From the NCBI GenBank assembly GCA_002633005.1, contig NMRA01000620.1, positions 158,999-222,998 on the forward strand: 64,000 bases of DNA. Direction: 5' to 3'. This document shows positions 12,734 to 24,769 of this stretch, piece after piece. The position numbers and the translations under genes were made by a program. The stretch comes from Phoronis australis. Lineage: Eukaryota > Animalia > Phoronida. The notes below the pieces were generated by a model. It had not been told where the DNA came from and ran no database searches. It saw nothing but the letters and a program-made list of their open reading frames with translations. Each line of letters opens with the position of its first letter. The stretch's first letter is position 1.

Positions 12734-14976
12734 ATGTAACCTTGGAAATCTTTTCCATCAAGTTTGTTGCTCGTATGAAATCTACGAGGCTGTGCACCAT
12801 TGACACTGAATGAGAAGAGAAGGCTTACGTCGCTGACCAAAGTTTTAAATAGGTCTAGACTTACTTTTAATACGAAAATTCGGGATTACTCAGTGCAACA
12901 AAACGCGGTCGTTAAATGTCTGTTTTTTAGAAACGAAACAGTAGTCAGTGAACGTACCGGCGGCGTGTACTGAACCTAAAAGAAAGGAAATGCACACACG
13001 TGTACAAGCATGCATGTCAATCCACCAATCTACAATCAAGACGGACACTGGATAAACAACATATTTGACGATCACTTTCAATTCGAAATGCTGCACGTTA
13101 TCCATACTATTCTAGCCAGTACACCAAAGTATCAGATACCAAACCCATTTTCTCCTGTTTTGTTTCTTGGTCGATTAAGACACTCATAAGGAAGTAATTT
13201 TTGGTAGCTTTCTCGATGCCAGTAGCGGATTTAGAGGGTCGAAGGGGCCCATGTCTCCCCCTCCCCAAAACTTCTCCCAGATTCCATTTGGCAGTTCGGG
13301 GGTGCCAATGACGGACAAATTCCTGAATAATACTCTGTCCTGCCCCCCCCCCTTAACTAGGCATGGACATTTACTTCTTGACCCCCTTGTTACTCAATGG
13401 TGTAGGGACCACGCGCGTTCAGTGCCCCTGGATAGCATAACGCCTCCTCTAATCGTCAGCACGTCCCAGCCGTCTACCCAAACACCAATCGGGCCAAGTA
13501 CGGCCCGATGATTATGTGAAGCGCTTTACACCGGATAAAATGCACGCAGTCACAACATCTTGAGAGACATTCTCGTTGATAAACGTGGGGGTAAAGTGTG
13601 AGATCAGCACGCGCACTGCTATATTGCCTCTTGAGCAAAGGAAATGTACTGATGTTGGTGTTGATGTTATTTTTGTTGATAGAAGACGCCGTCTTCCAAT
13701 GAAACGTTCCCAATTGATGACAATTTCCATACACGAGGTACAAGGACACCCACTCTTGTTGCAAAATTTGTGACTGTTAACAAACTTTGGAAAATATCTT
13801 CTTATCAAGATAATCACATAACCGTCGCTTCGGTCTTAAACTAGTTGCCACGAGATGCGAAAAGTTCTCTTGGCAACCACGGGGTGGGTAGTAACGAATT
13901 ATAAAATTAAATGACGACGTAATAAAATTGAAGATAAGGATTCGCAAATTGGTTGAAAAACAATATGCAGCTGATGTTGTATGACGGTCACGTGACGCCT
14001 ACTTGACACCAATTAGCTAATGGTGTTGCTAAGGCTTCTTTTTCAAAAGTCTGATTTTAGACTACTCTAACACCACAATTATTAACGTTGACTAAATTGG
14101 GTTTTTTCCGCATCAGTGGCAAGGATTTAAGAAGGGACGACTGAAATGGCACAGCCCTCGTACGGTTTTTTGACACAAGAGAGGATTGTTCTGTTGGTTG
14201 CTGAGCATCTATTTATCACTCAGCAGTAGTTCTCTCCGCCCAGTTTCCATCTTCCATTGAAAATATTATTCTGCAATTTTACCCGCATGGGAAATTGTGG
14301 CAATAATCTTGAATTTGTTATGGCGTAAAGCTTCTAGTACTGTTATCGTCTCACGTACGCCAAAATTTGGCCAAAATTAATTTTATGCAGCATTAAATGC
14401 TCGTTTTCTTGTGGTCGTGCTTGCAAAATGCACTGCCGCATTAAAATGCTAATGAAGGTGAAATTCCTCTTTTTGGACAAACATTTCACGAATTGGGTTT
14501 CGTATTGGATTGTGATTAGACTAAGCTGCGCCATTGTACTATCATTGCTGTACGTACGACTGTGTTTGGTTGGAACCCATCGGGTTCCGTCTCGTCATTG
14601 TTCATGTCGTCTACATATTACACCGAAAAACTTTCGATACATTTATCTGGCGCTGTGTAGTAGAGATAAGGGCTGCAGGTAACAATGAATGATCGAGTGG
14701 TGTAGTAAAACATTCACTTAAGTCACTGGGACATTAGAAGCCTCGGTATTTGGACAATAAACTTTGATTAGCGACGACAATGAGTTGTTGGCATCGTGCA
14801 GGTTAGTGCATGTGTACATCATAAGTTAGGTCACCGTGCCCAATTACCCTACATGATGGCGGCATAGGAAGCTCAAGATACAGCAGCCGACATGACATGT
14901 CATTACCCGCCGAACATAAAGATGTTTTTGCATGCTCCTAACTATGTTAATGTATAGCACGAACTAAGCAACAATG

Positions 14977-15188
14977 CATGCGCGCAACGAACCTAAAAAT
15001 GGGGTTCTCGCAGTTTTGAAAATGTGGACCTTGTACTAAAATTCACGGAATGTGTATTGGGTATTCGCCGAGTTTGGGTACTTTTTCCTTTTTTAGTGGA
15101 TTCTTGTCTCGTTTTCTAGGTTCTTCGGAGTTTTTTGATTCTCTGAGGCGGACTCTTTTGCCCACTTCGCCAAATGGGTGCGCGCATG
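14977..15188 (-). mobile_element. Small hAT-like MITE, same family as the element starting at 39595
   Basis: Inverted termini CATGCGCGCA...TGCGCGCATG; its reverse complement aligns with 39595-39730 (GGCAAAA..GCCTCAGAGA..GAAAACGAGA..TCCACT). No clean TSD. Confidence 0.6.
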
Positions 15189-15611
15189 CAATGCTAGTTT
15201 AACTTAACCTACGCTAAACAAAGTGCAGTTGTTTGGAAACTTGTAAATGCGAAAACAAAAAAGTTGTGAATAGGTGACCTTTGCTTTGTACAGCAGTACC
15301 TCGCGGGCTCACATACCCTGCAGCATGCAGTGTTATTCCCAGAGCCATGTTAAGATACTCAGTGGACTCGGTTCCGTGATTTGCAGCGGATTTTTTTCGC
15401 ACAAAACTAGTTCTTAAAACACTTGGCAAATTCAAAATTTCAACTTACTTCAAATCCACATCGTCACTATTTGTTGTGTTTCTAATTAATTTCCCAAGCA
15501 ATCATAGAGATAAGGAATTAGCCTGCAAGTTTCTCTTTTTATGGGAAAATAGAATACAAGAAGAGTTCGCCGTCATCACGTGGAGTCGATGTGTTGTCTC
15601 TTTCCTTTCAG

Positions 15612-15723
15612 GCTGTGCTGTACGTTAAGATATGCAAATGTTGCCCGCACTTCTGATGCAGTGTTGTTTATTGCAGTTAGGTTCATAAAAATCTCACCAT
15701 TGTGACCTCAGTGACGGATACAG
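15612..15723 (+). other. Candidate non-coding 5' UTR exon of transporter gene 1
   Basis: Pyrimidine tract plus TTTCAG acceptor before 15612 and CAG|GTAAGT donor after 15723. The first coding exon is preceded by an acceptor (TTTAG at 18374), implying an upstream exon. Confidence 0.4.
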
Positions 15724-16659
15724 GTAAGTACGTTTAAATTGAAGAGACATTACACGATCTGCAGAAGAATTTGAGACTGCATTGTACAGGTATAGTTTAC
15801 AGAATGATATGCTTACTTCTTACTCTTTGTGATGCGTGGTGAAACAATTTCGCATCGGCCTCCAGAAGTGCACCAAGTAGTCATCAGCCGACAAAATATT
15901 CATCTCTAGTTTAGCGAACACAGTCACGTGTTTTACGCAGAAGTGGCGCCTCTGAATCAGCAGTTGTAACTGTCTGCATTGCCACATACTCCCAAGCACC
16001 TCCTGCAGCTGCTGAAAAAAGTAGTGGCTACAACCTCTTGACCTTTGCCCTCTACGCTCTACAGATTCATGAGTATGTGTAGAAGGAAAAGTCTTCTAGG
16101 TGTCACTGTCGTTGAGAATGCATCATATCTTCCACAAACTAGCCTACGTCATTCTTGAAGACGCAATTTTAGACTGAAAACAAATGTACATGTACGTTGC
16201 ATGTTACTGGTTACTGGTTGTGCTATCATACGGCCAAGTTAGTCAGAAACGTGAATTTAATCTTGTGGAATGGACAGCATTCGTACAACAGCGTAAGACA
16301 CTTCATCTTACATATATTGTCTGCGATTGGCTGAAAACCCCGGATTTCTTGGGGCCATGAGGTTTCATACGAAGCACTGTGACCTTTAAGGTTATCCCAA
16401 GTACATGCAGTAAACTGTCAATGTCCGGCTCCAAGTGAATAGCCTCTACGTCATCAACCAGCCTTCTCAGTCACAAGAATGCTAAAAAGCTGTATCATTT
16501 GTTCTGTTACAGATGCATTTGTTCTACCACAGTAGATGATGGTTGTTTACAAACAATTCGTGCAATTGCTTAGGCGGTATCCCATCTTCACTTAGCGGTT
16601 GATGTAGCTCAACCAAACCAATCTCAAAACTAGTGCTTAATCGCTGATGAGACAACAAT

Positions 16660-17832
16660 AGGCCTTTTGCGAGTTTATAACAATAACGCGAGATTATGTG
16701 AGACTTAACTGTGACGTCACGGGAAGTGGGGCAAAAGCTTGTCGTTTGGTCATTTGCCCAATACGGTAGCAGAGTGTATTCTGTTATTGTCTTCGAGTTT
16801 TTAGCCGTTTAGTTCGAAAAATGTCCAAAAGCATTGCTGTTATGGCAAATGAACTTCAGATTCGCACTACAATACGTTCTATCGCGTTCTGTACTAATTT
16901 CGTCCCGTGTATTTTAAACGGGCGGTAGGCGAAATCCGCTCACTGGTAAAGTTTTCACCTCGTCGAAAATACATTCTACACCTATAATTAGCACCTAAAA
17001 GGCTCTTACTTTCTTCAGTGACTCTTTCTGCTTCTAAACATATCTTCGATGAAGCATATATACGGGAATTCAGGTGACTTAGGCGAAGAATTCCAACTCC
17101 ACTTTGTGGTTACTGTTAACTTTGTCCGCGCGCGCGATTACCACAATCAAGTATTTCAACTGAGTCAGGTGAGTATGAGGCAAAGGCTAGCGCGAGACTG
17201 AGCGAAGCGCGAGATCTGGCGCGTGACCTGGCGCGTGACACTTGCAAAATAGCATGAGAAAATATCAAGTGAAATTTGTAAGATTTGTGTCCCTTGGACT
17301 TTTTGTTCGTCAACAGGCGTGATTTCACGTAACTTCCTCAAAATGGCGGCTCTTTAGTGAGAGAAACTCGAGAGAACCGCGAGGTTTTCATGAATATGCT
17401 CAAGTTATTTGTAGACTAAATTGTGTCCAGAGTCAGGGTATGTGTTAATTATAACTTCATGTGCACATATGCATGTTTCATTTGGTTTTATTTGCTGTAT
17501 TTTGAAGTGAATATCTTTTTATGGGGATACACTATCGCCCCTGTATGCCTGCGCTTTTCAGGCCTAGAGCGGGTTAAGTTCCAATTTCAGTCCGTTCACA
17601 GCTTCGCACAACATAACAAGGTCACATTTTCTTCGTCTATTCACAGTTATTCCACGACCCATCTACCATATCTTAAGTTGTTTTAACGTTTTAAGCGTAA
17701 AATTCGCCATAAGAACTCCAGTAAGTTTTAGCGTGTGTAGCAAAGACTCGGGGCAAAACAAGAGCAATATGGCGGGTTTTGCCCCCTTTCCGGTGACGTC
17801 ACAGTGACTAGCGAGAAACTCGCAAGTGAGCT
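16660..17832 (+). mobile_element. ISL2EU-like non-autonomous DNA transposon with a THAP N-terminus remnant
   Basis: AT|AGGCCTTTTGCGAGTTT ... AAACTCGCAAGTGAGCT|AT; inverted subterminal block ACTGTGACGTCAC.GGAA..GGGGCAAAA at both ends; frameshifted MSK/HCCYGK*TSDSHY from ATG 16821. Confidence 0.7.
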
Positions 17833-18383
17833 ATTACATGGACATCATTAAAGACAATTAACAAATTTGGGAGTGCTCAAATTTTGCACACTCATCGGCC
17901 TGCATTGTCCGTCAACACAAATGCACTAAACGAAATATAAAATTAGTGGACTACAGTCGAAAGGATAAAGGCGTCAACTGGCATACATTGTTCATGTACG
18001 CTGGCATAGGTCTTGTGCGATTCTGAAAACGATTTACTCCTAACGTAAGACAGCTAATGGTAGCAATACCGGCGCTGTAAAGCCATTTTCTCGACTTGTT
18101 CGCGGACGTTATCTGCCTCTTTTCTATTATCAAATTATCCTCTAAATGGGTTCTTTTCCTTTACCACCCTACCACCTTTCCAGAATCCACATTGAATGGT
18201 GAATTTAGCTTCCATCATATTTTGATATAGAAGCGTCAATGTTGAAGTCCTCGTTACGCATCTTTGTGAAAAAAACGTCACATGTTAATAACGGATATTG
18301 GTTTGATACGCGCTTTTGAGTCAGAAAATGGCGAATATTATTACTAATGGATGTTATTTTGGTTTAACCTTTAGACGTGCCAG

Positions 18384-18485
18384 ATGCGTGCTTCCCTGCA
18401 TCGAGAAGATGGTGACATCTCGCGTGAATATAGTAGACTGGAGGTCTTTGTGCTATTCACTTGCTTCCTTGGTACTTTCATACGA
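18384..18485 (+). CDS. MFSD4-like (NaGLT1-like) MFS transporter gene 1, coding exon 1
   Basis: MRASLHREDGDISREYSRLEVFVLFTCFLGTFIR then phase-0 GTAAGT donor; homologous to exons at 35053 and 59177. Confidence 0.85.
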
Positions 18486-19239
18486 GTAAGTAATGTTCAT
18501 TGTTGTTTCAATAAGGACGACTTTTAGAATATACGCACGGTTGACATTCACATGCCGAAACGCGACTTAACCACCATGGATTTCGCGTTCAAGCACAGCT
18601 GCACGAGTTGTGTTTGTGAACCTAACTTGTAACAGTTCGAGGAATTTTCTATAAAGCATCAAATAGTGCCTGCAAGCATGCCTTGCCAATATAGAAAATT
18701 ATTTTAGCTGAGCAACAAATGCGCGAGACCGACTCCAAATTCACCAGAGTCGCCGCAACCAGTACAAAACCAATGCTGATTTTTTATCCGTTGTGCAATT
18801 ATTCGAGATTTTTCGGCGAATGTCTTTACTTGATTGGATTTTATACCTTATCTCCGGAAGAGAACTTTCTTAAATCAGAATGAGGACATACCTCACAACG
18901 TGCTATAATCATTGTGTCACCTGTCTCTTGGGTCGACTTACCGTTCTCGATAGTTTTGAGATTGTCTGTCCGGATAACTCATCTTCAATTTAGTATACCT
19001 GTCGGTACATATACGCTGGTGTCGTCTGCTCGAAACGAAAGTTAAACACTACATATCTCAAGTCATTAAGGCCGAGGTCAGGAGTTTGTCTCATGAAAAC
19101 TTGTGTCGCTCGGTTTTGCTGTTCCTTTTTATTCGAAAGAAATGCCAACCCGACAGAAAACAAGGTTTAATTTTTCTTTTTGACACGGTCACACTGGACT
19201 ACGATTTTTCTTTGCTTTGCACTGAGATTAATACATGGG

Positions 19240-19900
19240 ATCAAGAAGAATACAAAAAACTTGACTTCAGAACCAGGAATTCCACTGAGGAAACGAATGC
19301 TCAAGTCGATGCAAGCATCCGGTTTGCCAGATCTTTAAACACAAACCCCAAGAGAGAGTTTGCGGACAAAGAGGTCGCGGTGTACACCAAAAAGGATTGG
19401 CCAGTGTGATTCTACGTCAGCAATTCTGAGTGTCCACGAAACATACCGAAGATGGATGATTGAGGTTCTTTATACGCAGGCTACAGAAACAACATGAGGC
19501 GTTGCCTTTCCCGTGAATCTCTCGCTAAATTATTTCAACTACCTATTGCAATCCCTACAGAACAGGAATTCTTGCCAATTTGCGAGCTCCTCCCGTTATT
19601 GGTTAGTATCGACAGAACAAACATGGAATTTCAGTATATCTGCATCATTCTGTGTACGTCCTTGAAGCCATCTCTTGACACGGTTTCAAGAATAAAAGAA
19701 TCTTCCCGGGCATTCGCTTTTCACTACCCCTGCTAGTGCGGTAAGACTAAAGAAATTTCAACAAAATGAAAATTATCAAAAATTGCCTCGATTGAACTGT
19801 GAATGACGAGAGACTGGACGACCTAATTGTTTTTGCAACCGAAAGGGATTTGACAGGTAGTGTAAGCTCTAAAGGCGTAATCGACGTCTGGTGTAAAAAA
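19240..19900 (+). mobile_element. Degraded hAT transposase C-terminal (dimerisation domain) fragment
   Basis: Near 19750-19855 reads RNFNKMKIIKNCL..TVNDERLDDLIVFATERDLT, matching the ERSFSKLKxIKxxLRxTMxxERL motif; contains stops and frameshifts. Confidence 0.7.
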
Positions 19901-20159
19901 GAACACGTACCTAAATGTAAAGACCGCTAGTTCATGATATTTCAATGACTTCTCAAAAGTCTACAGGTCTTTGAAAACAAGAAGCAACAATTTCGAACTC
20001 TAGCTACAAACGGTAGCGTTTAATCAACCCGACAGCACGTTGGCGTCTTGCAATAAATGTCTTGATAATGGGAAGGTTTTTGACTGAGGTACAGTAATCA
20101 TCTAACAAGATGGTTTCACTAAAATACCTTCACAGCAACTAGGTGGAACATAAAACAAC

Positions 20160-20890
20160 AAAGCTCCTAGACGGTCTGAAGACCATTTACAAAACCAGTC
20201 TTCATGGGAAGTTCAAGCGCTTGATTTTCAAGCGTAGTCTCTTACCAAAACTGACGTGACCTGTATATGAAGTAACAACAACAGCAGGGATAAAATGGGA
20301 AAGAGGAACAAGTTCTTACTAAGATGGCTTGGAGTTCCCCCCTCACTTGTCTTACAAGGGTAGTGGTTTTATTTCCGAAATTCTAAGCTACAAGTGCCAT
20401 TTACATTTCTGGTATTAGAATTTAAGGTGGCAAAGACAAGTTTGGTGATGACTTCAATGGACTCCCAGGATGACAAAATAAGGCTGGCAGTCAACCAAAC
20501 GGCAATGGGGAAGAAATTGTCAGGAAGCACCGCAGTCGTAGAAGCAGAAAGTAAATTCCAGCATAGTGACATCTTTTGTTCTACCTGCAGACAGAGTCTG
20601 GGAATTGAGACACGACAGAGTTAGCCAGGTGCAGATCAGACAGATGGTGCAATAGGCTATTAAAAGGCATGAAAAAGAGTTTAGAGAAGCCAAAGCGAGT
20701 TAGATGAGGGGTCAAATCACCGGGAAAGGGTCGAAGACAGACAGCAAGAAGATAGCGTTATCTGAACAATTGAGAATGGAACCATTCAGAATACAGTTTT
20801 TACTTTGATCGATGTACGATCTGTTATCAACACCAACTCGAGCAGATGAGGTCTGACAGAGAATTCAAAGCGTCTATTATGTGTCGATAG
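20160..20890 (+). mobile_element. Degraded non-LTR retrotransposon fragment, Hero/R2-group-like (post-RT region)
   Basis: Collinear motifs across frames: KTSLHGKFK..LLPKL, NKFLLRWLGVP, KLQVPF..LEFKVAK..LVMT..DS.D, AV.EAESK.QH.DI, MEPFRIQFLL.SMYDLL. Confidence 0.7.
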
Positions 20891-21347
20891 TGGATAAATA
20901 AAGCATCGCTTTCGACAGCAATATCTAGTTTATAGCGAATCCATCTACATGTATGCAGCCGGCTGGGCTATTTGGAAACATTCTCTCACAAGCTAAATGT
21001 TTATCCTACAATGGGAAACGAGAAAGGAGGTGCGTGTGAATGTTCACGGTCCCGGCAGTATCGAACCTGATCCTTTGCCATTTTACAGTAACATCATTAG
21101 GAGCTGCATTCTTTTGTTTACTGTCAGAACACTTCATGAATGGAAAAATCACTATAAACACGGTTATAAAGAATATTTTACTAAATTTATGCATTTATTC
21201 AATGGAAACGTGTTTTTGACAAGGTAACCTTGGACCATGAACTTCCTTTATAAGCAATTTCAATGCAAACGATCCCACATCCTCTTCAAGCGTCGTTTAA
21301 GAAAATATGTAACTTTCATGAGCTCAGTATTTTGAGTGATTCATGAC

Positions 21348-22262
21348 ATATTGCATGATAACAACCCATATTGCATGATAATAACCCTTATAGCACAATA
21401 TTAGCGTCAAATGACAGATACAACCGTGTAATAACCCATAAAGTTATCTCACTAGTGAGATAACGATTTGGCGGGAAACCGAGGACGGAGTCGAACCCCG
21501 GGACCTTGGAGTTGCTGGTCGCCGACTTTTCCACTACACCATGCGGCGATTGACGTCATCAAGAGTGAAAATAGAATACTTAATTGAGCACGTGCAATAA
21601 TCGCCTGTTCAACAAACCGCATTGTACTGTACGCTAAAAAAATAAGACACATAATTTCCTTAAAAATGATACCTTAATTCAGTGAAATTTTTCTCTCATG
21701 TGCTCTTACTTGTAAATCACCGATCTCCAGTTTGAATGCGGGTATCGTGTCGTCAGGATCTTTGACTTGAGTATTATATTCAGTTATCATTGGTAACCTA
21801 TTTTAGCAGACGATTATTTCCCGGTCGAAGCTTAGCGTAAAAAAACGCGTTTTAAGCTATAATAGTTGGTAAACCTTAATTTTAAATTCAATTTATTTCT
21901 ATTATATTTAAGTTTTCAATTGATTTTGAGTAAAAGCATTATTTGACAAAAATAGCCCGGCTTTTCTTAAAAGGTCACGAACTCCGACCCCGGGCCTCTG
22001 ACATAGAAAGTAGTTACAAAGCCGTGGAGAGTCAGAAAAGGTAAATCGATTCATTGCAATGTTTCTCGTTTAGTATGTGGTATAAATAGATTATTACATG
22101 TTCTCAGCCGTTATCCCCCTCGTGGATTTTGGAGAATTATCACCCTCGGGGCTAACGCCCCTCGGGCGATAATTTTCCAATATCCACTCGGGCTCTAGAT
22201 AACGGGAGATAACGACTTCGCCATTTAATAATATATATATATTGCATGATAATAACCCATAT
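21348..22262. mobile_element. Crypton-like non-autonomous element with short terminal direct repeats and a long subterminal hairpin
   Basis: ATATTGCATGATAA(T/C)AACCC at ~21349, ~21369 and ~22239; imperfect palindrome at 22108-22205 centred on CCCTCGGGGCTAACGCCCCTCGGG. Confidence 0.5.
21478..21547 (-). pseudogene. tRNA-derived sequence (SINE head or tRNA pseudogene)
   Basis: Minus strand carries A-box TGGTGTAGTGG and B-box GGTTCGACTCC at tRNA-like spacing; the cloverleaf is imperfect. Confidence 0.55.
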
Positions 22263-23040
22263 TACAGTCTGGCTGACGATTGAAACATTTGCGTCGCTTA
22301 AATTTCTTTGAGCGCGATTTTGATTCACTGGTCTATGTGCCACGTAGAAGGTTTTTAAGAGTACTTACTAATACGGCCATTTTCTGGGGATAATTTTATT
22401 TTGCTGTTTAAACTTACTAATTTTCGTAATATCTGACACCTATAAGAATATCAATTACGAGTTATGCGATTTTAACCGAAAGTAGTTGTGTTAACGATAT
22501 TGTACTATCTACATGTAGTACCTTGCATGTAAGAAGGAGGACTATTCAACTTCAAAACGCCCCCGTTGTGTTGCAATACGGATTACAAATGGATTGTATT
22601 TTCTCTTTTAATTTATTATTCAAGAAATCATAACTAATTTGAGTTAGGAATTGGCTCATTTGATGGAAAGTATGTTTAGAGTAACTTTAAAGCTATGACG
22701 TAATTGCACTGACACTTAAAGTAAATTTCCATTTGCAATATTTAACCTGCACAACATCAAATGTATTGACTTTCTAAAACGTCTCTGAGGTGGTGGCGTG
22801 CTACAACTATTATTCAAATCTCTTGGTCTATTTACACCGACACTTGTCTATTTACAATTTTAATAATGGCTGTATTTCACTGCAGTAATTCGCAGCTTAA
22901 CATAAATAAATATCCAAGCCATTGTTGTTGCACGACATATAATCAATCGAATTAGGTCTAAGGGCATTTTTAATTAATTTTATCCAATTCCCTGCAGCAC
23001 GTGAATCAACAAAGAATAGCGGATGAACCAAGTTACTTGG

Positions 23041-23601
23041 CAGCGCTCGATTTGGCCCCTTGCAAATCGCCAAGGCAACATCAGATTGTGTTTGGCGAAC
23101 TAGGAAAAATCTCAAGTCTCCACAAAGTCGCAACTGCGAGTACAAAAGTCAGACAATAATTCCCCCTAAATTCATTTCAAAGTACGAACAGTTTTCCTAG
23201 ATTCATTACCTTTGATTCATAACTGGTCCGTCTATTTCGTGAAATCAGCGCATTTGCCTCCACCGCCTCACTTTTAAGCGTGGTGTCAAATGCGCTGATG
23301 CAAAATTATAACAAAAAACAGACGGAAGTCGAAAATGTTCGGCAAAAATCGGGCAAATCGGTGAAATATGCGCCACCGGTGTATGCGATCGTCTGCGTTT
23401 CATGTTCTTTCGCTAGCAGGAGGAATTGAGATACGGAATGAATGAACGAATGAGTGTACATTTATGAGGTGAAATTGGAGTGAGGTGCGGTACAACCTTG
23501 CGACCTTTTTCAGTTTCAGCGACCTCAAATTTCGTTTGGCGACCTCGGAATTTTCATTGGTGCCAAATGCGACTTGACGTTAACCTAAGCATCGAGTGCT
23601 G
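23041..23601. mobile_element. hAT-like MITE
   Basis: Inverted termini CAGCGCTCGAT / ATCGAGTGCTG; repeated GCGACC motifs near the right end; no TSD seen. Confidence 0.5.
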
Positions 23602-24486
23602 TATGAAAATTTCAATTACAATGCACCTCCTGTCTTTAATCACTCTGTTTTGGTTTCGGATGCAGGCAAACAGTTAGTTTATTGATAAAAAGTGAAATAT
23701 TTGCCTCATATACTCTACGGTTGACGAACATATCGCCATGTCCTGTTGTATTGACTACAGTCTATATACATGTTCACGCCAAGCTAATGTGAAACGATAA
23801 CTTTAAAATGCCGATTGTTAACTGAACCAGTCATAGTTTACCGTGGTAGATTGATCAACATTTTGCAATTGAAACTGTCTTGCTATAAACACAATGGATG
23901 AGGCGTGACTGCCGGGAATTTATGCTTCGCGTTTGTGCATCACTTCTTCATCTCTCGGCAGGTATTTGTTAATGATGAACGCCAGTGGCAGTGGAGTATA
24001 AACATTTTTTAGACTCTGCCTGTTTAGTTCTCAGATTTTTTCAGGTAATGGCTGTGCAGGCTATACAATAAGTGTAAAGTATTGAGAAAAGTTAAAGTGT
24101 AATTGAGCATGGAATCAATATAACCAAATATAGAGCTAACAAAATCCTACATGTAGCACGCACGGGAGTAGACAAGGTTGTATCATAAATTTGTTTATGG
24201 CCACCTACTATATAGGGATTTCCAAATCGTATTTCCGTCTCGTTTAACGTGCCATTTATCAAGCAAACTTCTTTTATATTCCATACGCCTGCATGACGTG
24301 AGCTAAACGAACATTACATGCAGCGTCATCTACTCGATTCTCTTTACGTGAATTAATGTGTCGACTAATGTCGCCGTATTTGAAGCAGCTGACAAGAGCA
24401 TCTATCTCTGTGGGAGGAAATGTATCCTGACCAAAGTCACTTGTAATCTGCAGACATTTTACTTGTTCAGTCTCTTATTGTTCCAG

Positions 24487-24769
24487 AGCACGGCCTTGAT
24501 GACAATCGGCTCCGCGTTGCCCGACCTTTTGCAAATCACCGACTCGGCGACATCCCAAGCATCAACTGTTCTTCTTCTGTGGTCTGCAGGGCTGCTTATG
24601 GGAACTGTGTCTTCGAAATATTTCTTGGCAATGGACAGCACCCTTTTGATGACATTGGATTTGGTCTTGTTGGGAATCACTACCGCTGTGATCCCGCTTT
24701 CTTCTTCAATATACCTCATGGTTGCAATAATTACAATCCATGCTTTCGTTGCGGGGATATCGGGCGTGG
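24487..24769 (+). CDS. MFSD4-like MFS transporter gene 1, coding exon 2
   Basis: TTCCAG acceptor; 283 nt encoding STALMTIGSALPDLLQIT...AGISGV; phase-1 GTAAGT donor; hydrophobic helices. Confidence 0.9.

Noticed and set aside
13474-13817. Overlapping ~100-aa ORFs
   Set aside because: No recognisable motif, splice support or paralog.
21478-21547. Functional tRNA gene
   Set aside because: Acceptor and anticodon stems do not pair cleanly; kept only as a tRNA-derived sequence.
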